From contig CAVWVI010000003.1 of the NCBI GenBank assembly GCA_963758495.1, positions 896,001 to 960,000 on the forward strand: a stretch of DNA of 64,000 nt. The letters run 5' to 3'. A model generated the notes under the pieces. That model did not search any database and was not told where the DNA came from. It saw only the letters and a program-made list of their open reading frames with translations. The DNA comes from Oligoflexia bacterium. GTDB taxonomy: Bacteria; Bdellovibrionota; UBA1018. A program made the position numbers and the translations under genes. Position 1 is the stretch's first letter; the number at the start of each line of letters is the position of its first letter. Shown piece by piece: positions 22,588 through 32,411 of the stretch.

Positions 22588-23394
22588 TCAATCACCTCTC
22601 ATTAACCGTTTCGCAAATTCTGGAACAGCTTCAGGATCTGTAAATATCCACTCAGTTTTACCTGAGATCTTTTGAGTGGACACTTTATTCTGCGCTAAAA
22701 GCTGACTCTTCTCCAAAGACTGTACAATAGAATAAGATGAATTCACAACTTTCCAACCTGGCAATGCCTTTTCAAATGCGTCGTGAATCCATGGATAATG
22801 AGTGCATCCCAAAAGAGCTACCCCAGTGGGATAGTTGCTTAGATGTGGCTGCACGTACTCAGCAATAGTTTGAAGAAGAATCGGATGATCAATCCACCCT
22901 TCTTCAATCATTGGAACTAAAAGCGGACAGGCCTGCTCTAAGACAGGGCAGACAACTGAATGCGCTAAAGCATTTTTATAGGCATGACTCTGCACTGTCG
23001 CCCGAGTAGCAAGAACAAGAATTGGACTTAAAATTTTTTCTGACGGTTTTTCTGAGGATATTTTTTCATGTGCAGCGATCGCTGCATCGACACCAGGCAT
23101 TACTACGCCAAAGACAGGAAGAGGAGCCATGACAGTCTTGATTGCTTCTAAAGCTAAACTCGATGCTGTATTACATGCAACTACCAATGCATCTATATTT
23201 TTTTTTCTTAAAATAAGTGCACATTCCATTGATAACTTCTCAATTTGTGCAGGACTTTTGGTTCCGTACGGAACATGTGCGGTATCACCCAAGTAAACAT
23301 AATCTACTGGACCCAGTCTTTGCTGCAGTTCCGTAAGCACTGTGATCCCACCAATCCCCGAGTCAAAAACCCCAATCTTAATCACTTTAGACAT
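22588..23394 (-). CDS. murI: Glutamate racemase
   Basis: FDSGIGG, PYGTKS, VACNTAS, LGCTHYP. Confidence 0.97.
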   Translation of the reverse strand: MSKVIKIGVFDSGIGGITVLTELQQRLGPVDYVYLGDTAHVPYGTKSPAQIEKLSMECALILRKKNIDALVVACNTASSLALEAIKTVMAPLPVFGVVMPGVDAAIAAHEKISSEKPSEKILSPILVLATRATVQSHAYKNALAHSVVCPVLEQACPLLVPMIEEGWIDHPILLQTIAEYVQPHLSNYPTGVALLGCTHYPWIHDAFEKALPGWKVVNSSYSIVQSLEKSQLLAQNKVSTQKISGKTEWIFTDPEAVPEFAKRLMRGD

Positions 23395-23519
23395 AGATAG
23401 ACTATTCTAACGCGGTACGCTTGACGGAAGCAAGACTTCCCTATGTACATAAGTAGTTCCCTATGTACTTGTACATATGAATTTCTCGGTATAGTTGTTG
23501 CGTAAACCTTACAAGGAGA

Positions 23520-23990
23520 ATGCACGTGTCTACAAATGCACCTTTTTTTGTCGATAATGAAGTGATTATCCTATCCCAAAATGGAACCTGGTTAGCTGAT
23601 GGTACCGAAATTACTCATGAACCTACGCGACGCCTCTTTGCTCGAAGCTTAAAAAAGGATGAAAAGGGCTACTTTTTAGCAATAGGTCACGAGACAAAAC
23701 ACATTCATGTCGAAGATACTGCCTACTTTGTACAGAGAATTGAGGGAAATCAAGAAGAGGGTTATGAGCTTTTAATCAATGATGAGACTCGGGAAAAACT
23801 GCATCCCCATACCTTAAAATACCGCCCCGGAAGGCTTATTTGCCGGATTAAGTCAAATCAAGAGGAAGCTAGATTTTTACATGCGGCTTACTTTGATCTC
23901 TTAAAGTCCCTTCAAGAAGATCCATCCAGTTATTACTTGGAGTTTGGACTCTCGCAGCAGAAGCTCCGTGTTCAACTCGCATCTAAGTAG
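23520..23990 (+). CDS. Hypothetical protein, DUF1285-like
   Basis: GTWLADGTEITH, IHVEDTAYFV; AGGAG RBS. Confidence 0.6.
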   Translation: MHVSTNAPFFVDNEVIILSQNGTWLADGTEITHEPTRRLFARSLKKDEKGYFLAIGHETKHIHVEDTAYFVQRIEGNQEEGYELLINDETREKLHPHTLKYRPGRLICRIKSNQEEARFLHAAYFDLLKSLQEDPSSYYLEFGLSQQKLRVQLASK

Positions 23991-24022
23991 TTCCTTTAGG
24001 GCTGTTGATAAGGACTGCAAGG
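23986..24022 (+). repeat. Dispersed repeat copy 1 (partial)
   Basis: AGTAGTTCCTTTAGGGCTGTTGATAAGGACTGCAAGG; overlaps stop codon, between convergent genes. Confidence 0.8.
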
Positions 24023-24038
24023 CGTCCTTACCAAGCAT

Positions 24039-24503
24039 CTAAACCTTAAATTTCATGAACATTTTTTTTTGATTTCTAACAATCGCTTCACTCACTTTTG
24101 TGAAAAGTTCCGCTCTTTTTAAAGGCTTATAAAGGACTCCATCTACTCCTAATTGGATGAGCTGATTGAGACTTTTCTGATCCAAACCTCCAGACAAAAT
24201 TACAAAAGGGATATTTGCATAAGGACCATTGCGAATGTTTTCCAATAACTCAAATCCGTTCATTTGAGGCATAATCAAATCGCTGACGATCACTTCTAAT
24301 TGTAGAATATCTGATGTTTTTGCACATTCACTCAATACTTGAAGGGCTTCAACCCCATTGCCAGCACGCAGTACATGATATCCATCAGTTTCAAGAGCAC
24401 TTGCAAGGACTGTTTGAAATTCAAGGTCATCATCGACCACCAAAGCAATCGATTTAACCATCATTGACGATAAATCTGAGTCTTGTTTACTATCCGATGA
24501 CAT
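24039..24503 (-). CDS. Single-domain response regulator (receiver)
   Basis: LVVDDD, SDLIMPQMNG, LYKP. Confidence 0.92.
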   Translation of the reverse strand: MSSDSKQDSDLSSMMVKSIALVVDDDLEFQTVLASALETDGYHVLRAGNGVEALQVLSECAKTSDILQLEVIVSDLIMPQMNGFELLENIRNGPYANIPFVILSGGLDQKSLNQLIQLGVDGVLYKPLKRAELFTKVSEAIVRNQKKMFMKFKV

Positions 24504-24573
24504 CTAAGTTTATTGTAATGCTTTTCTTGAAACTTTAAATACTAATCTTTAAACTGGTAAGCGCTTCAAAGAA

Positions 24574-25611
24574 TTACCCATGTCCCCCCATAAGAAAGGG
24601 CTGAGACATGAATTTTAGATCTCTGGCGTGAGTGCTCTTTTCGAAAAAAAGACGCGCTTCCTCCCAAAGCTTTTCTGGTTCCGGGATTGAAAAAACCTTA
24701 CTCCTGAACTCATGACATCCAGGAAAGCCTGCAGAATACCAGGCAAGGAATTTTCGAGCGTGAATCATCACCATTCTCGGATTATAAATTTCATTCAACA
24801 TCGCTTGCTGATCGTTCATCAATCGGATATAGCGCTCAGCTTGTGGCAATTCATAAGAGCGCCCATTCCAAACGGCAACTGCTTGTTCAAAAATAAATGG
24901 ATTTCTCAAGGCTCCTCGGCCTATTAAAATCGCATCCACTCCATAAGTTTTCATTCGATCAACCGCGATTTCCGCCGTCGAAATGTCTCCATTACCGATA
25001 ATAGGAATAGGACTCTTTGCTTTCACATCTCCAATAAAATCCCAATCCGCTTCTCCACTATAGCCCTGCGCCCGAGTTCTTCCATGGATAGCAACCCAAC
25101 GAACTCCTACATCAGCGGCTGCTCGTACAACCTCTAAAGCATTTCGTGAAGTCGCATCCCATCCCGTTCGAATTTTGATGGTAACTGGAATTTTTACTGC
25201 CTTCACCATCGCTTCTAACGTCTTAGCAAGTGAAATGGGATCTCGACACATTGCAGAACCAGCACCTTTTTTCACAACCTTCGGCACGGGACAGCCTAAA
25301 TTTAAATCTACAAAGTCCGCCCCATGTTTCTCAACGTGCTGGGCAGCTTTACAAAGAAGTTCCGTGTCTTCACCGAAAATCTGAAGTCCTACAATTCTCT
25401 CTTCTTCATGATATCGGAGTAGATCCAAAGTTCGTGCACCTGCGTATTCAATCCCATTTGCTGAGACCAGTTCTGAAATCACCATGGAACTTTTTAAGCG
25501 ACGCATGAGTCGTCTAAATGGAGAATTCGTAATTCCAGCCATAGGAGCAAGAACAAAGGGATGTTCTAACTGAAATGGCCCTAGCTGAATGGGTAAAGCA
25601 GTTTTATTCAT
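24574..25611 (-). CDS. dusB: tRNA-dihydrouridine synthase B
   Basis: LAPMAG, DLNLGCP, HGRT, GNGDI, GRGAL.NP. Confidence 0.92.
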   Translation of the reverse strand: MNKTALPIQLGPFQLEHPFVLAPMAGITNSPFRRLMRRLKSSMVISELVSANGIEYAGARTLDLLRYHEEERIVGLQIFGEDTELLCKAAQHVEKHGADFVDLNLGCPVPKVVKKGAGSAMCRDPISLAKTLEAMVKAVKIPVTIKIRTGWDATSRNALEVVRAAADVGVRWVAIHGRTRAQGYSGEADWDFIGDVKAKSPIPIIGNGDISTAEIAVDRMKTYGVDAILIGRGALRNPFIFEQAVAVWNGRSYELPQAERYIRLMNDQQAMLNEIYNPRMVMIHARKFLAWYSAGFPGCHEFRSKVFSIPEPEKLWEEARLFFEKSTHARDLKFMSQPFLMGGHG

Positions 25612-25639
25612 AATTTTAATACTGATTCAATAACAAGAC

Positions 25640-26962
25640 TTACCCTTTTAGAGCCTCCAAGTCACTCCGCTCTTTAGGGGCATCCCGAGTCAAGACTTCA
25701 CAACCTTGCGCGGTCACTAAAATATCATCTTCGATTCGTATCCCAATATTATGGTACTCCACTGGAGTCAGATGATCAGTAGGTTGCACGTAAAATCCGG
25801 GCTCAATGGTAAAAACAATACCAGACTCAAGCGCGCGCGGTTCTCCATTTCGCATGTAAAGCCCCGCATCATGAACATCCATCCCTAACCAATGACTTGT
25901 ATTATGAGGATAAAATCGACGATATTCTCCACTCTTTAAAATATCATCGGGTTTACCCTTCAATAACTCTAACGACAACAGACCCTCAATCATGACCTGG
26001 CAAACATGCTTATGAATATCAGGAAGCTTGGCTCCTGGCCGAGTCATTGCTATGGCCTCTTTTTGAGCACGAAGCACTAAATCATATACCTGAGCTTGAT
26101 GCGAATTGAACTTTCGTCCAACTGGAAAAGTTCGCGTAATATCTGCTGAATAATAACCATATTCTCCTCCAGCATCCATCAAGAGAAGATCTCCATCTTT
26201 CATAACATCGTTATTAGAACGATAATGGAGACATGCCGCATTTTTTCCTGCGGCAACAATACTTCCGTAACCTACTCTTGAGCACCCTTCTTTTCGAAAG
26301 ATGTAATCAACCAGCGCTTCAATCTCTCTTTCATTCATTCCAGGACGGACTTCCTTCATCACAGCGCAATGAGCAAGTGCTGTCAGTCGGCAAGCCTTAC
26401 GCATCAGTTCAATTTCATCAGCACTTTTATACAATCTCATCTCGCCCAGAGGGCCAGAGGAATCTTCGACGGGAAGCAAGGCTCTGCCACTTCGACCTTG
26501 ATTTCTGCGATGAGTTTCAAGAGCCGCCATCACGTGTGAGTCTGCCCGGAGGTGTTGCCCCATTCGATAAAAAACTCGATCAGCGGCGTTAAGAAGTTCT
26601 GGCAATTTTTTATCCAGTTCATGGATAGAGTAAGCTTCATCAGCACCAAAGATTTTTTGGGCACCCTCTATTCCATAACGCTCCCCTTCCCACATTTCTT
26701 TTTCAGAGTCGCGAGGTGACACAAAGAGGATCGTTCGATAGTCACTCCATCCTAATTTTTTAGGAGCAAGGATTAAAAATGACTCAGCCTCCTCAAATCC
26801 CGTTAAATAGAAAAAATTACTATCTTGTCGAAACGGATAATGGACGTCAGAGTTCCTGATGTAATCCGGATTAGATGGAAACAGGAACACTGCCCCCGGA
26901 TAGGATTGCATTAAACTATCGCGTCGCATCTTATAATAGGAAGGTATATGTGTAAGCAACAT
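25640..26962 (-). CDS. pepP: Xaa-Pro aminopeptidase
   Basis: FRQDSNFFYLTG, DITRT, HWLGMDVHD, TIEPG, RIEDD. Confidence 0.95.
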   Translation of the reverse strand: MLLTHIPSYYKMRRDSLMQSYPGAVFLFPSNPDYIRNSDVHYPFRQDSNFFYLTGFEEAESFLILAPKKLGWSDYRTILFVSPRDSEKEMWEGERYGIEGAQKIFGADEAYSIHELDKKLPELLNAADRVFYRMGQHLRADSHVMAALETHRRNQGRSGRALLPVEDSSGPLGEMRLYKSADEIELMRKACRLTALAHCAVMKEVRPGMNEREIEALVDYIFRKEGCSRVGYGSIVAAGKNAACLHYRSNNDVMKDGDLLLMDAGGEYGYYSADITRTFPVGRKFNSHQAQVYDLVLRAQKEAIAMTRPGAKLPDIHKHVCQVMIEGLLSLELLKGKPDDILKSGEYRRFYPHNTSHWLGMDVHDAGLYMRNGEPRALESGIVFTIEPGFYVQPTDHLTPVEYHNIGIRIEDDILVTAQGCEVLTRDAPKERSDLEALKG

Positions 26963-27068
26963 GGAATTCTATAATATGACTAAATTTGGCTTCTGTCTAG
27001 GACCGTGCAGACTCACTTCTTCAATAGGTTTAACTCCATTGCACATTCAGCTTACTTAAGCCATAATC

Positions 27069-27725
27069 ATGACCTTAATGACAAAAGGTATCATATTTGA
27101 CTTAGATGGCACTCTCGTGAATTCATTAACGACGACTTTTGACGCATTTAATCATGGAATCACTCTCTTAGGCGGCCGAACCCACACTCCTCAAGAAATT
27201 ATGGATTATTTTGGGACCGGCGAAAATCAAATTTTTGCGCAAATCCTAGGCCCCGATAAAGCTGATGCCGCCTATGCTGCATGTTTTGATTATTTTAATG
27301 ATCATTTAGGCAAGATGCCTTTACATGAAGGAATACCCGAACTCCTCAACCATACCTTGACAGCAAATATTCCCATTTCAATTGTTACAGGACGCAGCTG
27401 GGACACGACCGAAATCATTCTAAAACATCACGGCCTCATCAATCGTTTCGTCACCATTGTCGCCAATGATCACGTCAGTCTACCTAAACCTGCACCCGAA
27501 GGCACCCACTTAGCCCTCTCACGAATGGGGCTTCATCCTCAAGAAGTCCTGTTTGTAGGCGACTCTCCAGCAGATATGATAGCAAGTCGCTCAGCAGGTA
27601 GCAGGGGTGTTGCTGCACTTTGGGACCTTACCGTAAAACGAGAACTACTAGAACCTCATACCCCTCACCATTGGGCTCACTGCCCTTCTGAAGTTTGGGA
27701 GTATTGGCAGAAATTGACTCAATAG
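27069..27725 (+). CDS. HAD-superfamily phosphatase (Gph/PpaX-like)
   Basis: FDLDGTL, KPAP, VGDSPAD. Confidence 0.9.
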   Translation: MTLMTKGIIFDLDGTLVNSLTTTFDAFNHGITLLGGRTHTPQEIMDYFGTGENQIFAQILGPDKADAAYAACFDYFNDHLGKMPLHEGIPELLNHTLTANIPISIVTGRSWDTTEIILKHHGLINRFVTIVANDHVSLPKPAPEGTHLALSRMGLHPQEVLFVGDSPADMIASRSAGSRGVAALWDLTVKRELLEPHTPHHWAHCPSEVWEYWQKLTQ

Positions 27726-27734
27726 TGCCTTTAT

Positions 27735-28862
27735 TTAAGCCTTGAGTACTCCACGACGTATCTGATCTCGCTCAATTGCTTCAAACAAGGCTCGAAAGTT
27801 GCCTTCTCCGAAACCTTGATTTCCTTTTCTTTGAATATATTCAAAAAAGAAAGGTCCAAGAATCTCTTCCGAGAAGATTTGAAGCAAGTAACCTTTGTCA
27901 TCTCCATCTAAAAGAATCCCTAAATCCTCCAGGTCCTTCAGATTCTCGGTCACACCAGGAACACGAGTGGGAACCTCTTCATAATAGGTATGAGGAACAG
28001 ATAAAAATTTGAAATTCTGTGCTCTTAACGAATGCAAAGTCTTTTGTAAATCTACAGTGAGAAATGCCAAATGCTGAACCCCAGATCCCTTCATCCGATT
28101 CACGAATTCTTGAACCTGACTTTGTGGATCTGTCGCTTCATTAATAGGCACTTTAATCTTGCGATCTCGAGACTCCACCACATCAGAAATAAGTCCCGTT
28201 CGATCAGTCCGGATATCAAAATGACGGGTGACTATAAATCCGAAAACTTCTTTATAATACTCAACCCATTCCTTCATTTGACCCATTCCCACATTATTCG
28301 TTAAATGGTCAATGACTCGAATCCCCAGAGGAGACGGACTGTGGAGTCTAGAAACAGAGAGTTCCTCGTCAAATAGAATTGGACTTGAAGGATTCTTAGG
28401 CAAAGAACGCTCAATAAAGGCATACCTGACATCACCCGGAGTCCAAATTTCTGAACGAACGACAGAACCCCCATCGTCACTTCGAAAAATCTGAGGTTCA
28501 CGAGCAGGGCGAGCCCCTCGCTTTACAGTTTCCTCAAAAGCCTGAGTAGCATCCTTCACTTCGATGGCTAAAACACAAATTCCTTCGGCGTGTTTGCGTA
28601 AAAATTTGATTGATTCTGAATCAGCCCCTACCGAAAGATTGGAAGGGTCTAGGGATTGCGTCAAAAGAACTCTTACAAAACCCTGAGCATAAACCTCACT
28701 TTTCGTGCCCTTGCTCGAGAGTGTTCTTTCGCCTATTTTTTCAAAACCAAGCCGTTCAAATACTGCCCGCATAGGTCGAATATCGTTCACTGCATATTCG
28801 ACATGATCGAAACCTTGATTCAAAATTTCCATAAAATATCCTTTTTGATTGAGGCTGCTCAA
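27735..28862 (-). CDS. hppD: 4-hydroxyphenylpyruvate dioxygenase
   Basis: IDHLTNNV, GVQHLAF, FFEYIQRKGNQGFGEGNFRALFEAIE. Confidence 0.95.
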   Translation of the reverse strand: MSSLNQKGYFMEILNQGFDHVEYAVNDIRPMRAVFERLGFEKIGERTLSSKGTKSEVYAQGFVRVLLTQSLDPSNLSVGADSESIKFLRKHAEGICVLAIEVKDATQAFEETVKRGARPAREPQIFRSDDGGSVVRSEIWTPGDVRYAFIERSLPKNPSSPILFDEELSVSRLHSPSPLGIRVIDHLTNNVGMGQMKEWVEYYKEVFGFIVTRHFDIRTDRTGLISDVVESRDRKIKVPINEATDPQSQVQEFVNRMKGSGVQHLAFLTVDLQKTLHSLRAQNFKFLSVPHTYYEEVPTRVPGVTENLKDLEDLGILLDGDDKGYLLQIFSEEILGPFFFEYIQRKGNQGFGEGNFRALFEAIERDQIRRGVLKA

Positions 28863-30883
28863 GTCATGAATGGAGTACTATTTGTACTTCCAGAATTAGA
28901 TTGGCCTGCAGGTCCATTTTCTCCTGCTCGGCTTATAGGATCTCCCATTGGACTTAAGAACCGAGATTGTTTTTCATAGTCTACATAGGTATAGCCATGA
29001 AGAACTTCCTCATAGAAATTTTGCAGCTCCACGCCTTCTCGAGGCTTGATTTGTCCTTCACGCACTTTTGCGTCTATTTGTGATTTAACTTTCTTTTCCA
29101 AATCCGTAGCACTGTATTGAATCCAAGAAAGAACACCGGCAATATTATTACCTTTGATCACTTCTTCAATATAATAGCCACCTGCCTCTGTTTCATCCAA
29201 GAAAACATGGACTTCATTAACTCTGCCAAAGAGATTATGCAAATCACCCATAATATCCTGATAAGCTCCCATCAGGAAAAAACCCAGATAGTACGGTTCA
29301 GTCGACCTCAGGGGATGAAGCGGTAACGTATCCTTTATATCTCTAAGATCGATAAATTTAGAAACCTTCCCATCCGAGTCGCAAGTAATATCCACTAAAG
29401 TAGCACTATGAGACGGCTCTTCATCATGACGATGAATGGGAACAATTGGGAACAAGTGCTGAATCGCCCAATGATCCGGCATAGACTGAAATAAAGAAAA
29501 ATTGCAAAGATATTGGTCTGCTAAATGTTTATTGAGCGCTTCAACGTCGTCTGGCACGTATTTCAAGCCTGCCGCATTTTTATGAATCACCTTACAAATT
29601 TGCCAAAAGAGATACTCAACCTTGGCCTTGTCTTCGAGCGATAAGAACCCCAACTTAAACATACTGAGGGCTTCTTCTTTTCTCTGAAGAGCATCATGAA
29701 AGTGCTCTAGAAGATTCTTCAAAGAAAGTTGATTTGAAAGGTAGCGCATTTCCTTCACAACATCATTTTCATCAGGAGTCTCTTCCATTTCAATAGGAGT
29801 TGCGCCTACTTCTATGCTTCCAAACACGTTCACGATAAGAACAGAATGGTGAGCCACAAGAGCCCGGCCGCTCTCAGAGACAATATTAGGCTCAGGGACT
29901 TCTTCAGCCTGACAAACTTCCTGAATAGAGTACACTACGTCACTCACATATTCAGCCAGAGAATAATTAATGGAACTCTCAAAGCTAGTTCGAGATCCAT
30001 CATAATCTACGCCCAAACCTCCGCCAACATCAAGAAACTCAAGATTGAGCCCCATTTGTCGAAGTTTTGCGTAAATACGCGTCCCTTCTTTCACTGCGTC
30101 CTTGATCGTTTTAATATTGGTAATTTGCGAACCAATATGAAAATGGAGGAGCTTAAAACTATCTTGTAGTCCTTCTTTTCTAAGTACATTAACAGCATGT
30201 AATAGCTCTGGGGTGGTCAACCCGAATTTGGCAAATTCGCCGCCACTGGACTCCCATTTTCCGCTTCCTTTGGAATACAACTTGGAGCGAATTCCAATCA
30301 GCGGTATCACTCCTAGCTCTTTCGCAACGGTGATAATTTGATAAAGCTCAGTCAGCTTTTCAACCACGATAATCACACGCTTGCCGAGCTTAATGCCCAT
30401 GAGGGCTGTTTTAATAAAAGCATAGTCTTTATAACCATTGCAAATAATCAAAGAATTCGGGGTTGTATTCATAGCCATCACAGCTACGAGCTCTCCCTTA
30501 GAGCCAGCCTCAAGACCAAAATCATACGGCCGCCCTGCATCAATGATCTCTTCTACAACCTCTCGCATCTGATTGACTTTAATCGGATAAACGCCCTGAT
30601 ATTGTCCCTTGTATCCAAATTCAGCAATGACCTTGCGAAACGCCTCATTCAAAGCAACAACACGATGACGAATGATATCTTGGAAGCGGATCAAAACAGG
30701 CATTTCAACACCTGCAGATCGGATCTCATCTACGACACTTTTTAAATCTACACCCGTCCCTTCGCCTCTTCTGGGATGGACAGTTAAATTCCCCGAAGGA
30801 TTAATACTAAAGTACTGGTCACCCCAGTTTTCCATACTATATAATTTTAAAGAATCGGAAACGCTCCAAGTTTTCATGATCAA
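28859..30883 (-). CDS. speA: Biosynthetic arginine decarboxylase
   Basis: YPIKVNQ, HFHIGSQ, DVGGGLGVDYDGS, DITCDSDG, GAYQD. Confidence 0.97.
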   Translation of the reverse strand: MIMKTWSVSDSLKLYSMENWGDQYFSINPSGNLTVHPRRGEGTGVDLKSVVDEIRSAGVEMPVLIRFQDIIRHRVVALNEAFRKVIAEFGYKGQYQGVYPIKVNQMREVVEEIIDAGRPYDFGLEAGSKGELVAVMAMNTTPNSLIICNGYKDYAFIKTALMGIKLGKRVIIVVEKLTELYQIITVAKELGVIPLIGIRSKLYSKGSGKWESSGGEFAKFGLTTPELLHAVNVLRKEGLQDSFKLLHFHIGSQITNIKTIKDAVKEGTRIYAKLRQMGLNLEFLDVGGGLGVDYDGSRTSFESSINYSLAEYVSDVVYSIQEVCQAEEVPEPNIVSESGRALVAHHSVLIVNVFGSIEVGATPIEMEETPDENDVVKEMRYLSNQLSLKNLLEHFHDALQRKEEALSMFKLGFLSLEDKAKVEYLFWQICKVIHKNAAGLKYVPDDVEALNKHLADQYLCNFSLFQSMPDHWAIQHLFPIVPIHRHDEEPSHSATLVDITCDSDGKVSKFIDLRDIKDTLPLHPLRSTEPYYLGFFLMGAYQDIMGDLHNLFGRVNEVHVFLDETEAGGYYIEEVIKGNNIAGVLSWIQYSATDLEKKVKSQIDAKVREGQIKPREGVELQNFYEEVLHGYTYVDYEKQSRFLSPMGDPISRAGENGPAGQSNSGSTNSTPFMT

Positions 30884-31058
30884 TGATTTATCATCTCATG
30901 AGCTATGTCGCAAAGCTTAACGTAATATCATAAGCAATAAAATTGCATTTTATCTAGCCCGTGAACAGATGTTTTAAACGATCTCAGTAGTAAAATCTTC
31001 AGCTGTTCCATAAACGTTCAAGTAAGAAGTCTATGGGTGAGAAAAATTTAAAAAAATA

Positions 31059-31521
31059 CGCAGGACTGTAAGCCGGGTTCTGTCTTCGCCACTCAATTGT
31101 AACGGAGGCGATCATTCCTCTGGGACGCATGTTACCATACGCCTCAAGCGGCCTTACCCGGAGGTAATGAGTCGAGCAGACTCATAACCTCCCTATTTGG
31201 CCTTGCTCCAGGTAGGGTTTGCCATGCCGTTTTCGTCACCGAAAACGCGGTGGGCTCTTACCCCACCGTTTCGCCCTTACCGATCATCCGAAAGCAACCG
31301 GCGGTTTATTTTCTGTTGCACTTTCCGTCACTCCCTTTAGTTAAAAAGAAGTGCCTGGCCGTTAGCCAGTACCTTGCTTTATGGAGCCCGGACTTTCCTC
31401 CCGCAAGTCTTGTAGTGAAAATGAAAAACCAAGTAAAACCTAGAAATTTCATTCATCTGCTTCTTATTCAAAAGCACGATGAGATCATAAAAAAGACTTG
31501 CCAGCGATCGCCCGTCCTGCG
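31059..31521 (-). ncRNA. rnpB: RNase P RNA (bacterial type A) with extended P3
   Basis: GAGGAAAGTCCGGGCTCC and ACAGAACCCGGCTTA conserved boxes; P1 CGCAGGAC/GTCCTGCG. Confidence 0.97.
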
Positions 31522-31652
31522 CGAAAAGGACGTTACCACACTTAAAAGTTGACAGCAATAAGACTACAGAAGACAAGCAAAATGTATTTAGCTAAACTAT
31601 ATTTATAGCAAAATCCATCTTAACTGAACCCTGCGCCCTAGAACTCTATGGA

Positions 31653-32411
31653 TTACTTCGACTGATTTGTCTCTGTATTTTCTATCCCAGCAGAGGGAAT
31701 ATAAAGAAGACGATGACAGCATGGACAAGAGTGCAAAGTAGTTCCACGATGGATCTCATTATAAAGCTGAGGTGGCACCATCATATTACATCCTTTACAA
31801 CGACCTCCAACCGCAGGAACAATTCCCAAGCCAGCTCGAGCGGGTCGGATTCGATTGTATTGTGCTAATATCTTTACTTCTATTTTAGATAAATACTGAT
31901 CACGTTCTGATGTTAAAGCCATAATATCAGATTTAAACTGATTTTCTTGACTCAGAAGCAGAGCGGCCTGAACTTGCCGATCTCCTTGTAATTGAGTAAG
32001 CTGTTCAGTCAAAAGACTCAGTTCTTTTTGAATTTTTTCAGCTTCCAGATTCGACTTGACTGCTTGTTCTTCGAGTGAAGCATTCAGTTTCTTTAGCTGT
32101 TCAATTTCTTTGTTAGCAGCCTGAAATTCTTGAGAATTATGAACTCCATCTAGCTTATCGTTTGATCTTCCTAAACGATCTTTATTCAAATCTAAAGCTG
32201 CTTGAGTCTGGCGATTCACTTTTTCAATTTCGGCTAGAAGACCCTTTTTTACCTCAAGGGTGGCCTGTAGCTTGGTAATTGAATCATCCAAAGACTTAAG
32301 GTTAGCTGGAAGAGAATTTTGATTCTTTTTTAAAGAATCAATTTTTAAATCCAATTCTTGTAATAGTTCTAAATTTTTAAGCTGTTCGGATAACGGGAGC
32401 GGCTGGGTCAC
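31653..32411 (-). CDS. Coiled-coil protein with C-terminal C4 zinc ribbon (CT398/DUF164-like)
   Basis: LQELD start motif, long heptads, CKGCNM...CPCCHRLLY; probable GTG start after GGAGG. Confidence 0.9.
   Translation of the reverse strand: MTQPLPLSEQLKNLELLQELDLKIDSLKKNQNSLPANLKSLDDSITKLQATLEVKKGLLAEIEKVNRQTQAALDLNKDRLGRSNDKLDGVHNSQEFQAANKEIEQLKKLNASLEEQAVKSNLEAEKIQKELSLLTEQLTQLQGDRQVQAALLLSQENQFKSDIMALTSERDQYLSKIEVKILAQYNRIRPARAGLGIVPAVGGRCKGCNMMVPPQLYNEIHRGTTLHSCPCCHRLLYIPSAGIENTETNQSK

Noticed and set aside
31250..31576. ORFs over rnpB
   Set aside because: Fully explained by the RNase P RNA.
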